58,746 nucleotides of DNA, filler included, from Circinaria calcarea (GCA_051942165.1; 8 parts of 8 records of this genome joined end to end with filler, not necessarily neighbours in it), one strand, 5' to 3'; shown: positions 35,966-48,341, numbered from the whole stretch's first letter. Notes: generated from the letters alone by a model not told the origin. Numbers and translations: made by a program.

Positions 35966-36634
35966 ACAAGTCGAACTTTGACTCGACAGCTTACACGACC
36001 TTGAAGATTGAATTCAAAATCGACCTATGCATTTTCCCGTGGCAGACGGGATTTTTCTTTTCCGAAATCTGATGACAATGACGATTTTACGAAATTCACG
36101 GTATGCATATGAGATACCCGCGACAGAGCAAGTGCGTTGGGCATGGGAATATCTAGCTTTGTTATTATGAGGGCTTTTTAGCGATTGGGGGGGGGGGGGG
36201 TTTCCTTGGTGGATGCGGAGTACGGTGCTAGGACTATGATTTCTCTGCTATTTTGCCGGTATTGACTGAAGCAAAGTGTCTGTTTTTCTGGTTTGGCAAT
36301 TGTCAGCGTGTTCTGTTTCCGGGCTCTTTTTTTTTTTTTTTGGTGGCTCAATCTTTCGGGCGTCCGCGCATCGATCGATATACCAGTATTGGGCGATGGT
36401 GTGATTACACTTGTGAGCTTTGCCAGAAGCTTCATCTACCAGGTCTATGTTTTGCTCTCCGCTTTTCGCCTACAATCGGATTCATATAATCCCGAATGAG
36501 GTATTCCACTTATTGATTCTTGTTGACCTTGTATCGATGCCGCCCCCTAATACCTATTTTTCGGTTCGATCAAGGAATCTCATTATATTAAAACTTGGGC
36601 TCCTTGCACTCCTTTGGTTTTTTCCTCAGCTTAC

Positions 36635-36719
36635 CTACATGGCTTACCTCATGCACACGCAAACCCATCAGAGTCAGAATCTCTGATGGGTTTGCGTGTG
36701 CATGAGGTAAGCCATGTAG
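36635..36719. repeat. Perfect 39-bp inverted repeat with 7-nt loop at contig end
   Basis: 36635-36673 is the exact reverse complement of 36681-36719. Confidence 0.95.
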
Positions 36720-36819
36720 NNNNNNNNNNNNNNNNNNNNNNNNNNNNNNNNNNNNNNNNNNNNTTAATTAATTAANNNNNNNNNNNNNNNNNNNNNNNNN
36801 NNNNNNNNNNNNNNNNNNN
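36720..36819. other. Artificial contig linker
   Basis: N run - TTAATTAATTAA - N run. Confidence 0.98.
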
Positions 36820-37250
36820 GGCCGGAATAATTTAATGGGGGGGATCGGGAGGAGATGTAGATTCGATTCCTTTGTGTGTATACTCTGTAGGCGAGAAGAG
36901 CCTCTGGGATGTGGATGTGAATGCCCCAAGTTTCAGGCTCGTTGATTGAGAACCAATCAATCTGACAACGGAGCTGCGGGATAATGATCCGCGGTATCCG
37001 GCCCGCCGGCCTTGGCTCCTCCCACGCTGCGGCTAACCACGTGTGCCACCAACCACGCTGCTTTCCTCCCAGAAATACTCCATACAGGAGCAGGGAACCA
37101 CCACCATGACCGCCAAGTATAGCACTATCAAAATTTGAACCTAGAAGTAATTCTAGGGATATTTCCTTTTGCTTTTGATATATGATACACACATCTGACC
37201 TTCCTATCGAGAATCTCTTGTATACTCCGTATCGTTTACTTTTTCCCATC

Positions 37251-37359
37251 CCTTCGACTGTCGCTCAAGCAGACCGATCCGTGCCAGCCTAGGCTAATCA
37301 ATGCTAACCTTGTATCCAAAGCAGCGCACGGTTCGGTCTGCTTGAGCAAAAGTCGAAGG
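37251..37359. repeat. Imperfect 34-bp inverted repeat (31/34) with 41-nt loop
   Basis: CCTTCGACTgtcGCTCAAGCAGACCGAtCCGTGC ... GCACGGtTCGGTCTGCTTGAGCaaaAGTCGAAGG. Confidence 0.85.
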
Positions 37360-37824
37360 AATATTTTTCAACAAAGTCAGGTTATTTAGCTTTAGGAGGC
37401 TGAAACCCTAAACCTTAATGGTGTACCTGCATTAGCGAACAGCGTATAGGAGCGGTCTGTAGCCGAAATTAATTGTAGGTTTCGGCGGCTCCATGCGTGT
37501 GAACGGCGTATCTGGGGGTACTGTTCCTCTTCTGGCTCTGTTGTGTAACTCACGATGGGTACCTGCTGGCAACTTTTGACGGGATGGAGCTGCTCCTCCC
37601 AGTACCATTGGTGTAATCTTTCTCCGTAGACAGCTTCTGCAGCTCTGTTTTTCCATCTCCGACTCGAAGCATTTTTTTTCGAGTGGGGCGAGCATTTAAA
37701 GAGAGAGGGCTATGTCGGGTTGACTGCTCAATGCAGCAGAGATATTCACAAATTCCTTCACTGCTTTGGGAACTACAGTCAAACGTTTAACCTGTCCTCG
37801 CCAGTAGCTTACTTTTTACTCATC

Positions 37825-38676
37825 ATGCCCTTGTTTCTAGAGGCTGTTTGTTTTCTGCTTGCGTTGCATTCAGTTACTGCGCAGTCCAATTTCAGTGATT
37901 CAACAACCTTCGACTTTGGTTTCACTGCTTCAACAACATCCGACATTGGTTTCATTGATTCAACAACCTCCGACATTGGTATCTTACAGCTGGTAACCCC
38001 AACCACACATGCATCCCAAGTGCCTGTAACAGCGGTATGAATCTACCAACTCTCAATATCCGTCTTCCCTTACGTTTGACCCGTCCACTAAACAATCCTT
38101 CAGCTGTTCCAACTCTCAGCGGATGCCGCGAGTTTTTACACCTCGTATACGCAGGTTGATTCCTTCATATTCGAATCTGCTCTAGTCCTTGTTCAACAAT
38201 CTCTGCCGCCAAGCGCGCAAGTCACACTCATTGCTGGCCAGGGCAGACTTATCGAGATTTATTTCGATGGCCAGACGTCGCTTCTTGACAATCCAAGTTC
38301 CTACCTGAGCCGGCTACATGCTGTAGTCACGCTGTACCCAGTTCCGTTCTCATCATCCGTCGTGTCGCAGGCTACGGGGCTCTTGCGCGGCTACCAGTCA
38401 CTAGTCAGTCAGGACATCCTGGCCGTGAGGCCGACGCAAGGTCCGATTACTCCGGGTATGAGCATAGATGTTGGACCTGCTGCCATAAGTGGTTCTGCCT
38501 CTCCTTCGGGGACTGCTGGAGTAGCCCAGGCGTCGCAGAGTACGGGATCTACATTGCCGGCGGGGAGCACATCCCCTTCCAATGGGGCGGGCATGGCGGC
38601 AGCGGGTGCCAATGCACAGATGGTAGGCACTGCCGCGGCTGCTGCTATGATTTTGCTGGGGGCCGTTGCATTGTAA
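37825..38676 (+). CDS. Secreted S/T-rich, probably GPI-anchored cell-surface protein (2 exons)
   Basis: Signal peptide; three 30-bp tandem repeats (37891-37980); intron near 38035-38103; S/T/G-rich stalk; SNGA plus hydrophobic C-terminus. Confidence 0.7.
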
Positions 38677-39219
38677 CAAGGACCTCGATTGAGCGAAGAG
38701 TGAGCTGGAGAGTATTAAGGAAGACTGAAGAGCAAGCGATGCGATATTCAAGGCGTTCACATTCTGTTAATAACGACTACTATTTCTTAGATTATCAAAC
38801 TACAAGCTTCCTACGTGCTATTTATTACCTACGTGAAAGCACGGGGACTCTCACCTAACCATAATATATTCCGAGTATGGTATCGTTCTAATTGGAAGCA
38901 CAAAATTGCCCCGAAATTCAACAATCCAATTACGCAAGACTCGGATAATTATGCGTAGTTGAATTAAGAGGGCCTTAAACCGGGGAAATCCGAAGGTCCG
39001 AGCTTTCAATGTGGGATTGCGATGAGGGCTGAGCCTTTTCTTGTCTAAAAGGCCGCAGTCAGCAGAGTTTCACTACTTTACATATACCACCCTCCTATTG
39101 AACAGGATTACAACATAGCCACAATGAACTCTTAGACAAGGCAGAATCTTCTGACCGCTCTTTCGCGCCCTCCTTATCGGAAAGCTTGATTTCTCCGCTA
39201 GTATTTCGCCTGCTTCACC

Positions 39220-39678
39220 ATGGACAGCATAAGCATGGACAAGATTACACACCAGATCTACACCTACGCCGACGGCTTCCAGCGCACCTTGACCGACAAA
39301 GCGAGCAGGCTCACCATCCAACAGTACATCCACCTCATCATCGTTGTGGGTGCCTACGCCCTCTTACGACCGTACCTTGTCAAACTCGGCGGACGATTCC
39401 AAGCCAAAGACCATGAGCGTGAACTCGATCCCAACGAGATGAGTTCTGCGGCTGCAGTGTCTCCCAACAGCCTTCGAGGACAAGTCCAAGTACCCGAAGA
39501 TAGCGAGAGTGACGACGAGTCTGGGGCTGGGACGGGAGTATCCAAGACGTGGGGGAAGAAGGCACGGAGGAGACAGCGGAAAATGATTCGAGAGCTGATA
39601 GAAGCCGAGGAGAAGCGGAAGAGGGAGGAGGAGGAAGCGGATTCGGATAAGGAGATTGAGGAGTTTTTGGTTCAATGA
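39220..39678 (+). CDS. PGA2: PGA2-like trafficking protein
   Basis: YIHLIIVVGAYALLRPYL TM segment, WGKKARRRQRK, acidic C-terminus DKEIEEFL. Confidence 0.8.
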   Translation: MDSISMDKITHQIYTYADGFQRTLTDKASRLTIQQYIHLIIVVGAYALLRPYLVKLGGRFQAKDHERELDPNEMSSAAAVSPNSLRGQVQVPEDSESDDESGAGTGVSKTWGKKARRRQRKMIRELIEAEEKRKREEEEADSDKEIEEFLVQ

Positions 39679-40535
39679 GGTGCATTATGTCTTGTTATCA
39701 GTTCAATGGGAGTATCTCCATATATATATTTTGGCGACTACCAGGGCTAGGATCATGTGGAAATCTTCCTCAATTGCTATACTGCATGTTTATTTTGGTA
39801 TGGACAGCCTAGTCGCGTAACACAGCATGGTTTTCCACGTGCGCGCTGTATCCTATAAGATAATAAATCTCGGGCTGAGATGGCCAAGTAGCCAATTGAT
39901 TCACAAGGCTGACGGTGATGAGATCTCAAATATCAACCTTCCCGCACCTCCATCCCAAAGCCCCAATGAGCGGATATAAAAGAAGTAGGGTTTGCCGATC
40001 GGTTCACGCGACTTCTACAGGGTTCCCCAGCATTATACCAATTCTGCCCTATTCTAGGGCTTAGCGAGGATGTTGAATCTCCACCGCCTTTTCCTACTAT
40101 GTATTGCTTCGATTATGGGTCATCTATTACGAGAACCATTGGGAAGCACGGCTGACCGGCTGTCAGACCGCGTTAGAGGCAGATGGATTAAGGGCAGCCT
40201 GACCGTAAGATTCTTACGCCAAGATGGCCACCCACTAAATTAAAATTATGCACCTCTGAGTCGCTTCGCATTAGGGCAACTAGGGTGGGTAGTATCATAC
40301 CTTGACGACCAAAAGATACACCAACTTCAATTCTCCTCGTGTCTTCCGCTTCCCTTTGTCGGCAGATGTGGCTGGGAGCTCTGCCTGCTTGGTAGGTTTC
40401 TTGCTCTTCGTCTCCCTTAAATACCTCTGCCGTCGCTCTTATTATCGTAGCTGTCTGGCGGTCTCCTTGTGCTTGCTGGTGTCTTTATTTCCATTCCCGT
40501 AGGTCGAACAAGAAAATACGAGGCTCAGTCCAGTT

Positions 40536-43476
40536 ATGCCAGCATCTCATCCATCCCGTCAAACCACCAACGCTCACGACAGATCGGGCCATGTGTAAGT
40601 CTCGCTCCTCCCATACGGTTAGTCGGAGCTCGCTGCTAACAGACAAGAATAGCATCGGTGAAGGTCACTACACAACAGCCAAACCCAACAATGATTACTA
40701 CCATGGCATCCCGAGGGTGAACTACTCAAATGTCCTTCCCATCCCTGGCGAACCCCTAAAAGGTTACCCAAAGCAACCATGGCCACCGTCTCCATGTGTT
40801 GAAGATGAAAAGACATCACTCGCACGCGAACATCTATCAACGTCCAGTCTTGTCACAAGTGACGATGAGGCACAGTCGCGGGGATCTGTGGATCAACTGC
40901 CCATCATCCAGGACGCAGAGCAATCGGGGCCAAAACCGGTGTCTGAAATTCGAAATAAGCCAGTGGTCGGCGAGAAGACAAGCCTGCAGTCAAGAACCTC
41001 AATTGACAGCCTGGGGCCTCCGACTCCACGGGATCCATCGATTGACAACCCTGATCGCCGATATGTGTACATACCTCAAGAAGGCATCGAAATACCATTG
41101 ACGTATGATGAACCAAGAACTCGACCAATCCAAAAGCAGCAAAAAGCAACGAATGATATAGGGCTCGACAAGTCTCACCGAAAGGAACCGCCCACCTTGG
41201 GCACAAATGCAGCAAGAAAGCCAACTTCGAATCAGAACTCGGCTCCGCTAAAATCAGCTCGAGAACCATCTCCCTATGCATATATTGCCAACTCCGGCCG
41301 GAGCACCTTTTCCGGAGACTATCTACTTTCGCCAGACGTAATGACCCCAAGCTTAAAATCTTCTAGCGTTCCAAGAAGCAACCTTGACCGCTATTACGAT
41401 GTTGATCACAGACAGAGACCGGTAGGAGATCATGATAGGGCAAGGTCAAGCTCTTCTGGTTATTGGGGAGAACGCCCTAATATGGGCAGAACTGCATCTA
41501 CAATGGCTTACCCAGGCGATTCTCAACCGAAGAATGTTCCGCCAAATTCGCGCCGGCGGGTTGAGTATCCTTCAGATGAGTCAGATTCCGACTTGGAGGA
41601 CCATGCAAGTTTCCATCATAGAAGTCGCGGCAGAGGTCATTCGTTTGTACGTACGGATCGGCTGGGGCAAACGTCGGCAGCTCGACAAGATATACCACCC
41701 CGACGTGATAGCGGGACCTCTGCCTCTACCGCACCACGACCCACTTCGCCGATATCACATCTGCCATCTACTTTTGAAAGAAGTTTTCCACCTCAACCTC
41801 CTGGACATCACGGATCTAGTCTGCCTATCAGAAGCTCCACCGCGATGGGCGCATCATCAAACAAATCACTATCGCAGACACGCCAAATGCCTTCATACTT
41901 ATCACCACCGCCAAGTCCACGCCCAGACAGTCCAAGGGACGGCGTAGAGTATATCGTACCCGATAGAAGACCACATCCAAACTCGAGACCTGCCTCGCCT
42001 CTCTCGTTTGCCACTCAATCCAGTTCGCGATCACGGCCGACGCTGCCTAGCAAGTCGTCCTTTGGAAGCGATCGTGCCTCTACCACACCACGATCTCGAG
42101 ATAATTCTCCCCTTCCTTCACCCGTTTATGAGCGTCCTTCGAGTTCGCCTCGTCTGAAAGAAAAGGCGGTACCTACCAAAGTCGGCAAGTTACCCCCAAT
42201 GCAACCGGATTTATCCCCGCGTCCGAGAAGCAGGGATTCATCTGTACCAGTTATTCCGGCTCAGAGTGCGCAAAACCTCTCGTCGAGACCTGCAACTGAT
42301 CATTCATGGAGGACTCATTCAACAGCTGATGCCCGGTTACAGTTGCCCTTGGATTCGCAATCTTCGCGCAGGTCTCTAGAGCAGCCACTATCACCAAAAC
42401 TCAAGTCACCAGCTTCAAACCCGCCTAATTCAATAATACCACCGTCTTCTTCCAGGAAGGCTTATGTGCTTCCCCCATGTTCAAGGCCCGATTATGTATC
42501 CGGTTATAATGATTGGTACGCCCTCAAGAGATCTCCTATGTTTGACATATGTCCCAGTTGTCTCGAAGCGGTTACCGATGCCGGTTATCGTGATTTCTTT
42601 ACCCCGAGCCCTCCTAGACTGCCGGGCTCTCAAACTAAATGCGACTTCAGCATCCCATGGGTCAGAATTGCTTGGCTCCTCATAGTGAAACAAGGTATGC
42701 CGCATGTTAATCTTCTACATGCACTGACCAATATCAATGTAAACGAGCTGGAATGCCCTGGTAAAACTGGCGCACCACGAAATTGGTACTATCTCTACGA
42801 TGCCGACACGGGCCGAGCAGTCTCCAACTTTGATGTCTGTCCTTATTGCGTCCGTAGCCTTGAAACCATCTTTCCTGCTGTACGGGGTATCTTCTTCCCT
42901 GCGGAGATCATTAACCCTAACCAGAGGCGAACATGTGACTTGCGATCGGATAGCAGACGCTTCGCTGGATATATCGATCTTATCGAGCTCATTGTGGAAC
43001 AACAAGCAAAGTACAAAATCCCACCGAACATGTACCCATTTGTGCAAATGGCCAAGAAAATGTCCCTGGTCAGGGAGTGTCCGAGAGATGACATGATGCA
43101 GAACTGGCCGTGGCAGTTTCATCCCCACCTACCGGATTTTACCATTTGCCGGGAGTGCTTTGAAGAAGTGGTGCGACCGTTGGATAATGCTGGCTCAACG
43201 CTCGCCGGGCAAATCAATAAGAGGATGGAATCTCTACCGCCTCCACCGGACGGGAACGGCCGAAGTTGCTACTTGTACTCGGAACGAATGAGGGATGTTT
43301 TCCGGGAAGCGTGCAAGAGGGACGACTTTCAGATGTTGCGGTCTGCGGCTATGCAAAGGTTTATAGCGGAGAGGGATCTGAAAGGGAAATTGCGATATCT
43401 GAAAACGCTGGGTGATGGTAATGGTGTCAGGGAGGAGATTGCCAGATTGACGGAGGAGTGGAAGAAATGGGAATGA
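40536..43476 (+). CDS. Hypothetical protein: long S/P/R-rich disordered region plus C-terminal Cys-rich repeats
   Basis: Short first exon, intron near 40595-40651, ~960-codon exon. C-terminal repeats W...F(D/T)(I/V)C..C (FDICPSC, FDVCPYC, FTICREC). Confidence 0.8.
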
Positions 43477-44071
43477 GGGGAGGGAGGTGTTTTGTGGGGT
43501 ACGCTTAGGGAATGAACGAATATGGGGATATGAAGATAAGACGAGTCATTGTGAATGGAAACTGTATTATGACGACGACTGATGACCAATTTACGAACAT
43601 TTCAGACAATGGGGTGTATGAGAGAAAGCCAAGTCGGGAAAGGCATCCATACATAGCATACGCCTACGTACCTCGATAGCGAGAAAAAATCGGAAAGAGA
43701 ATGACCACCATTTTTTCTTTTTTTTCCGTACAAGAACTACCTTACCTGGGGCAAAAATCGAAGGCGCGTTTGTGCAGGAGAGGAGAAGTTGGAACTAAAG
43801 GTAGGGAGCGAAAATCAATCAATTAATTAATTAATAAATGAAAAAAAAAAAAAAAAAAATAAGAGAAAAAAATAAGAGAAAAAAAAATTTCAACTTCCAC
43901 GGTGAATTGGTAGAAAATTGCTGGCGTTTTTTCGACTTTGACTTTTGCTTTGCCATTCTATACCGTTTGCCCCAATTCCATACACCCATACACCCATATC
44001 CCCCACATTTCCCCTCTTCCTTTTTCCTTTGCTTTTTCCAAATGCCCAAATCCTCCTCCTCCCTTTAACCA

Positions 44072-44171
44072 NNNNNNNNNNNNNNNNNNNNNNNNNNNNN
44101 NNNNNNNNNNNNNNNTTAATTAATTAANNNNNNNNNNNNNNNNNNNNNNNNNNNNNNNNNNNNNNNNNNNN
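44072..44171. other. Artificial contig linker
   Basis: N run - TTAATTAATTAA - N run. Confidence 0.98.
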
Positions 44172-44855
44172 ACGCCATTAAGCATATTATCTGAAGTTTT
44201 CTTAACCCTATTAGAATCAATATCTGACGACAAGGGCTGAAAAAACTTTAGCAAAATGGTAAAAATAATGATAAAACTTTATAAACCGTGTAGGATATCT
44301 CTATTTAATTTAGATTCGTTTTAAACTTCTTGGTGAATAGCAGGTATATACCTGCTAAGATGTATTATTATAATAGACCTCTTTTTAGTTTGAATATGAT
44401 CTTACTGATCTATCTGTGAAGATTGGTAACTTTTGTGGATTAAAAGATCTGCTTATTATTTAAAGAAAAGGTTGAAAGGTTCTTTCTCTTCCCGCGAAGA
44501 AGTTTTCTTAACGAAAAAGGTTTCGAGAGATGACGCACTACTAGAGAACCAACCTTAATGGAGAATATACTACGGCGAATCGCCTACTATATTTTATATA
44601 TTTAAGAGGCATTTTATGCCTTTTCACCTCATTTTTGGTTAACTTTACCTTTTTAGATTAAACTTATTTAATCTAATCAAATCTAAAATATTCACAATTT
44701 AGATTTATTAAATGGATATTTAGTACTATTAATATATTTTATTTTTTGCATTGGTTTGTTTTGTTTGTTTTGTTTTTAGACTGTAAACACTATACTAGTT
44801 TAAACTATTTATAAGAGACTAGATAAACCTCTTTTTATTGGCATTATTAATTCTT

Positions 44856-45548
44856 TTATCTTTTACGATTAATATGATATAAAAATCAAACTACTTTACG
44901 TGTTAGACGGAATAAGTTAGGTAAATCTTTCTCTAGATCCTTTTTAATCTCAGATCAGATGCGAATATTAGTACCACATGAGTTTTTAAATTCTTGGTAA
45001 GAACCAAATTCGTCTGAATTATGTTGCTTTCAGATAATTCAGAAAAATCTGCGTTTAGCCTTAGATTTAAAATCTTTTAAAGCAGGATTGTCACTTGTAA
45101 TAGTATGATCCACTCTTTCAGACTGACTAGTTTGAAAGGGAGGATGATTAGAATGTGAACGTCTAGGTCTTTCATTAGACCTATCAGCAGTTAAACGAGA
45201 TGGATCTGGAAGTTCCCAGATATCATGTAAAGATACCTCTAACTTAGGGTAAAACACATCAAATATATCTATAATTAAGGGGCTATTTCATTTTAAACTA
45301 AAAGACCAATAAGAAAAAAGTCCTATAACTGAGATAAGTCCTAGTTAAACGACGGTATTTAACGATATATAAACGAACGGCGAAAGAAAAAAAAAGAAAG
45401 AAAGAACCAAAGTAATAAACAGGATAAGGAAACTCCGAAGAGTGAATAAATTCCGAAGATTAGAAAACCTAATGTGATTGTTTGAATCGTTATTACTATT
45501 GCTATTGTTATTGTTATTGTTATTGTTATTAATGTTATTATTTGTCAT
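44856..45548 (-). pseudogene. Frameshifted mitochondrial ORF (poly-Asn, TM segment, C-terminal KRRFFWIIW...SYQEFK...IWSEIKKDL domain)
   Basis: With TGA=Trp the 45039-45257 ORF extends to TAA at 44856. The N-terminal part (45345-45548) is separated from it by stops or frameshifts. Confidence 0.5.
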
Positions 45549-45710
45549 TATATATTTTATGTTAATTCTATATTTACTGTAAACACAATACTAGTTTAGA
45601 AGTTAAAAGACACGACCCAGTCGAGAAGCTTTTTTTTTATAGAAGTAAAATGAGTGTAGATTTGAAAACAAGTCTAGTGAGTTATATAAAATATTGTCTA
45701 GTTCATTATG

Positions 45711-45783
45711 GGAGGATACCCTGACTTGAACAGGGAACTTACTGTGCCACATACAGTTGTTCTACCTATTGAACTATATCCAC
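45711..45783 (-). tRNA. trnH: mt tRNA-His (GUG)
   Basis: Cloverleaf; anticodon arm ACTGT-ATGTGGC-ACAGT; T-loop GTTCAAGTC. Confidence 0.9.
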
Positions 45784-45889
45784 CTTTATTATCTCAATTA
45801 GTCTCGAGTATTTATTAGACTTTTGTCTAATAAAAATAAAGCCCTTTAGTATTAAGATAAAATATTTTACTCTCTCTCCAAGAGTCATG

Positions 45890-45962
45890 TTATGTTGGAG
45901 TGATTCGAACACCCATAGATAAATACCAAAAATTTAGGACTTACCGATTAGTCAACAACATA
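45890..45962 (-). tRNA. trnQ: mt tRNA-Gln (UUG)
   Basis: Acceptor TATGTTG/CAACATA; anticodon arm TAAAT-TTTTGGT-ATTTA; GTTCGAATC. Confidence 0.92.
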
Positions 45963-46130
45963 TTTATTTATTATTTTTAGCATCTATTAGATTTCTTCTA
46001 AAAAAAATAAGCATTGAAGAAATTACATATTAATAATTTATTATCCCACGATAATTATCATAACATTTATAACACGTTTGAAACAAACAAAAAAAAAATG
46101 TTATATATAAGATGATTAATACTTAATACA

Positions 46131-46814
46131 TTATTTAAATTTAAAATAATATTTATTATTTCATATCGTACCTTTGTTTATATATTTACTAACGTTACTA
46201 GGCGACAATCCCACAAAGACTCCAGTTTCTTTTATAGTTTTAGATGATTTTACTAAATTTAGATTTTTATCGTAAACTAAAACAGGAGCACCTCTTGATC
46301 TTAATCTTAATTTATTTTTAGTTTCGTCACTGACTAAACATTTTATATTTGTTTTGTATAGTCTTTTATAGGATTTACCCCTGTGCATGTCACCAAATTT
46401 TAATTTAATGATGTCTGAGTGTTTATAGCCTGCCATAGATCCCGCCTTTTTATTAATATTTAAAGAAGGAGAATATTTATCCAGATACCATTGTTCTTTT
46501 TCCATTAAAATATTTTTTTCTATTTTAGCATTGCTTATGCTTTTTAATATTTCTAGTATGGTATATTCAATATTATTCCAGCCATATTTATTTATCATGT
46601 TGTAAAATTTGCTGTTGTTTCCTTTGTATATAGAGTATCTATATCTATGCTGTCTAAAGCGCTGCGAAAGATTTTGAGCTGAACCTATGTAAATTTTAGT
46701 CTTATCAGAAATTAACCTATATGCATATATACCTGCATCATTACTTAATATACTTTTATAATTGTCGGGTATGAAGCCCTGTTTGTTTAATTTAATCCAT
46801 TTTAAGTTTTCCAT
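46131..46814 (-). CDS. Free-standing GIY-YIG homing endonuclease with NUMOD-like C-terminal motifs (227 aa, code 4)
   Basis: AGIYAY...KIYIGSAQNLSQRFRQH...EKEQWYL...LNI; GYKHS NUMOD3-like motif. TGA=Trp extends it to ...WNNKYYFKFK*. ATG lies just after the trnL 3' end. Confidence 0.9.
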
Positions 46815-46815
46815 G

Positions 46816-46897
46816 TATAGATAACAAGACTCGAACTTGTACGGCTGAAGCCATTCCATCCTAAGTGGAAATTGTCTACCAATTCCAACATATCTAC
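46816..46897 (-). tRNA. trnL: mt tRNA-Leu (UAG)
   Basis: Anticodon arm TTCCA-CTTAGGA-TGGAA; long variable arm GGCTTCAGCC; GTTCGAGTC. Confidence 0.92.
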
Positions 46898-46926
46898 TTT
46901 TGGAAAAAAAAAATGTAGCACTAATT

Positions 46927-47799
46927 CTAAGGTAAATTTCTTAATTGATCACGTATAGGTTTAGTGTTAGCCATGTCTCAGAGACGGGCTGCGTCGTTAG
47001 CCATACCTGCAAAAACTTTATCATGAAACGTACGATTATGAGCAAAAGATCAATCACGCAATCAATCTTCCATATACTCAGAAAAATATGTTTTACTAGG
47101 AGTTAAATTATTAGAACGTAAAAATAGAAGGTGATCAGCAATCATTCTACCAACAACCTTATTAGATTGCCCGTCAGTACGAAAACCGAGTCAAAGAGGA
47201 TGTTTAAATCCTGCTACTGTTCCCATGTGTACTGGTCTATGCACATAGCTTGCATCAGCGGGAGGTAAAGGATTAGTATTAGGATACAGATTAGGAACAC
47301 TTCCAGGTAATGGGGCGGCAGGAGCAGCGGCAGGAGCAGGTGCATTATTTGTACCAGACCCGCTAGCTGTTGCAGATGTATTACTTCCACCTTGACCCAC
47401 ACCACCAGAAGTATCATCCATAGTCATAACTATTTGACTATAAAGTAAATTACTTATAATATTGAGATGTGGCCTCGGTAATTTGAAAGTAGTTGAAAAT
47501 CAGCCAAGTAATAAGGTAACACTTGTTACAATATCTAAACTGTAATGCACGACTAAGATATGTAAGATTGCTGTTATAATTGCAGGGGTAATTCCTACAC
47601 ATACAAGAATTATAGTGTTTGGTATCCTGTTTCCTTTAATAAAAGTAACAGATATAACGTGTAACACTCCTACAACGCCACATACTATAGGAAAATAATT
47701 AAGCAGACCTAAGTGAGATAATAATTGATACATAGGCAATTTTAAACTTAGATAGAATAAAATTGAGAATAGTAAAGGATATCGTTTGAAATTTAACAT
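46927..47799 (-). CDS. Unknown mitochondrial ORF 'C' (290 aa, code 4): TM helices, G/A/P linker, conserved C-terminal domain
   Basis: ORFs 47500-47799 and 47191-47427 are in the same frame and fuse through TGA=Trp, continuing to TAG at 46927; ends LWDMANTKPIRDQLRNLP. Confidence 0.8.
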
Positions 47800-48125
47800 T
47801 TTTAAAAATTATATTATAAGGGGGTAATTATTTAAAAATAACAGAGAAAAAAATACCACTAAATGATACATAAGTAAGCCAAGCAATAATCACTTAATCA
47901 TAAAAAAAACCGAAAGTGTATAAAAGAAATGGTAACCTAGCGCACAGAAATGAAGTAAGTAACCAGAAAAAAAATCCCAAAATGGCAAAACCATATTATC
48001 TACTTCATAGAAAGGGTGAAATGTATTATCTAACAGGCCCCTATCCCCCCCCCAAAGGGGCAATGTTATAAATAATATAAGAAAATAAAAATGTAATGCG
48101 ATAAATAATATAAGGTATAAACCTA

Positions 48126-48199
48126 TGCTCGAGATAAGATTTGAACTTATAGCCTAAACATCTTCAGAGTTCCGCTCTACCAGATTGAGCTTCTCGAGC
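48126..48199 (-). tRNA. trnF: mt tRNA-Phe (GAA)
   Basis: Acceptor GCTCGAG/CTCGAGC; anticodon loop CTGAAGA; GTTCAAATC. Confidence 0.92.
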
Positions 48200-48230
48200 T
48201 TTTTGCATTAAATCATATATCTCAATACAA

Positions 48231-48302
48231 TGGAGATACCAGGGCTCGATCCTGGGATAACGATATGCAAAATCGTAGTTTTACCAATTAAACTATATCC
48301 CC
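48231..48302 (-). tRNA. trnA: mt tRNA-Ala (UGC)
   Basis: Acceptor GGGGATA/TATCTCC; anticodon arm ACGAT-TTTGCAT-ATCGT. Confidence 0.92.
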
Positions 48303-48305
48303 TTT

Positions 48306-48341
48306 ACTGTACTTAGCAGGTATTTACCTGCTAAGTACAGT
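48306..48341. repeat. Mitochondrial palindromic element
   Basis: 17-bp perfect arms ACTGTACTTAGCAGGTA/TACCTGCTAAGTACAGT; the core recurs as TAGCAGGTATATACCTGCTA at 44338-44357. Confidence 0.85.

Noticed and set aside
46815..46859. N-terminal 15 aa of the listed GIY-YIG ORF
   Set aside because: Overlaps trnL; the ATG at 46814 is the more plausible start.
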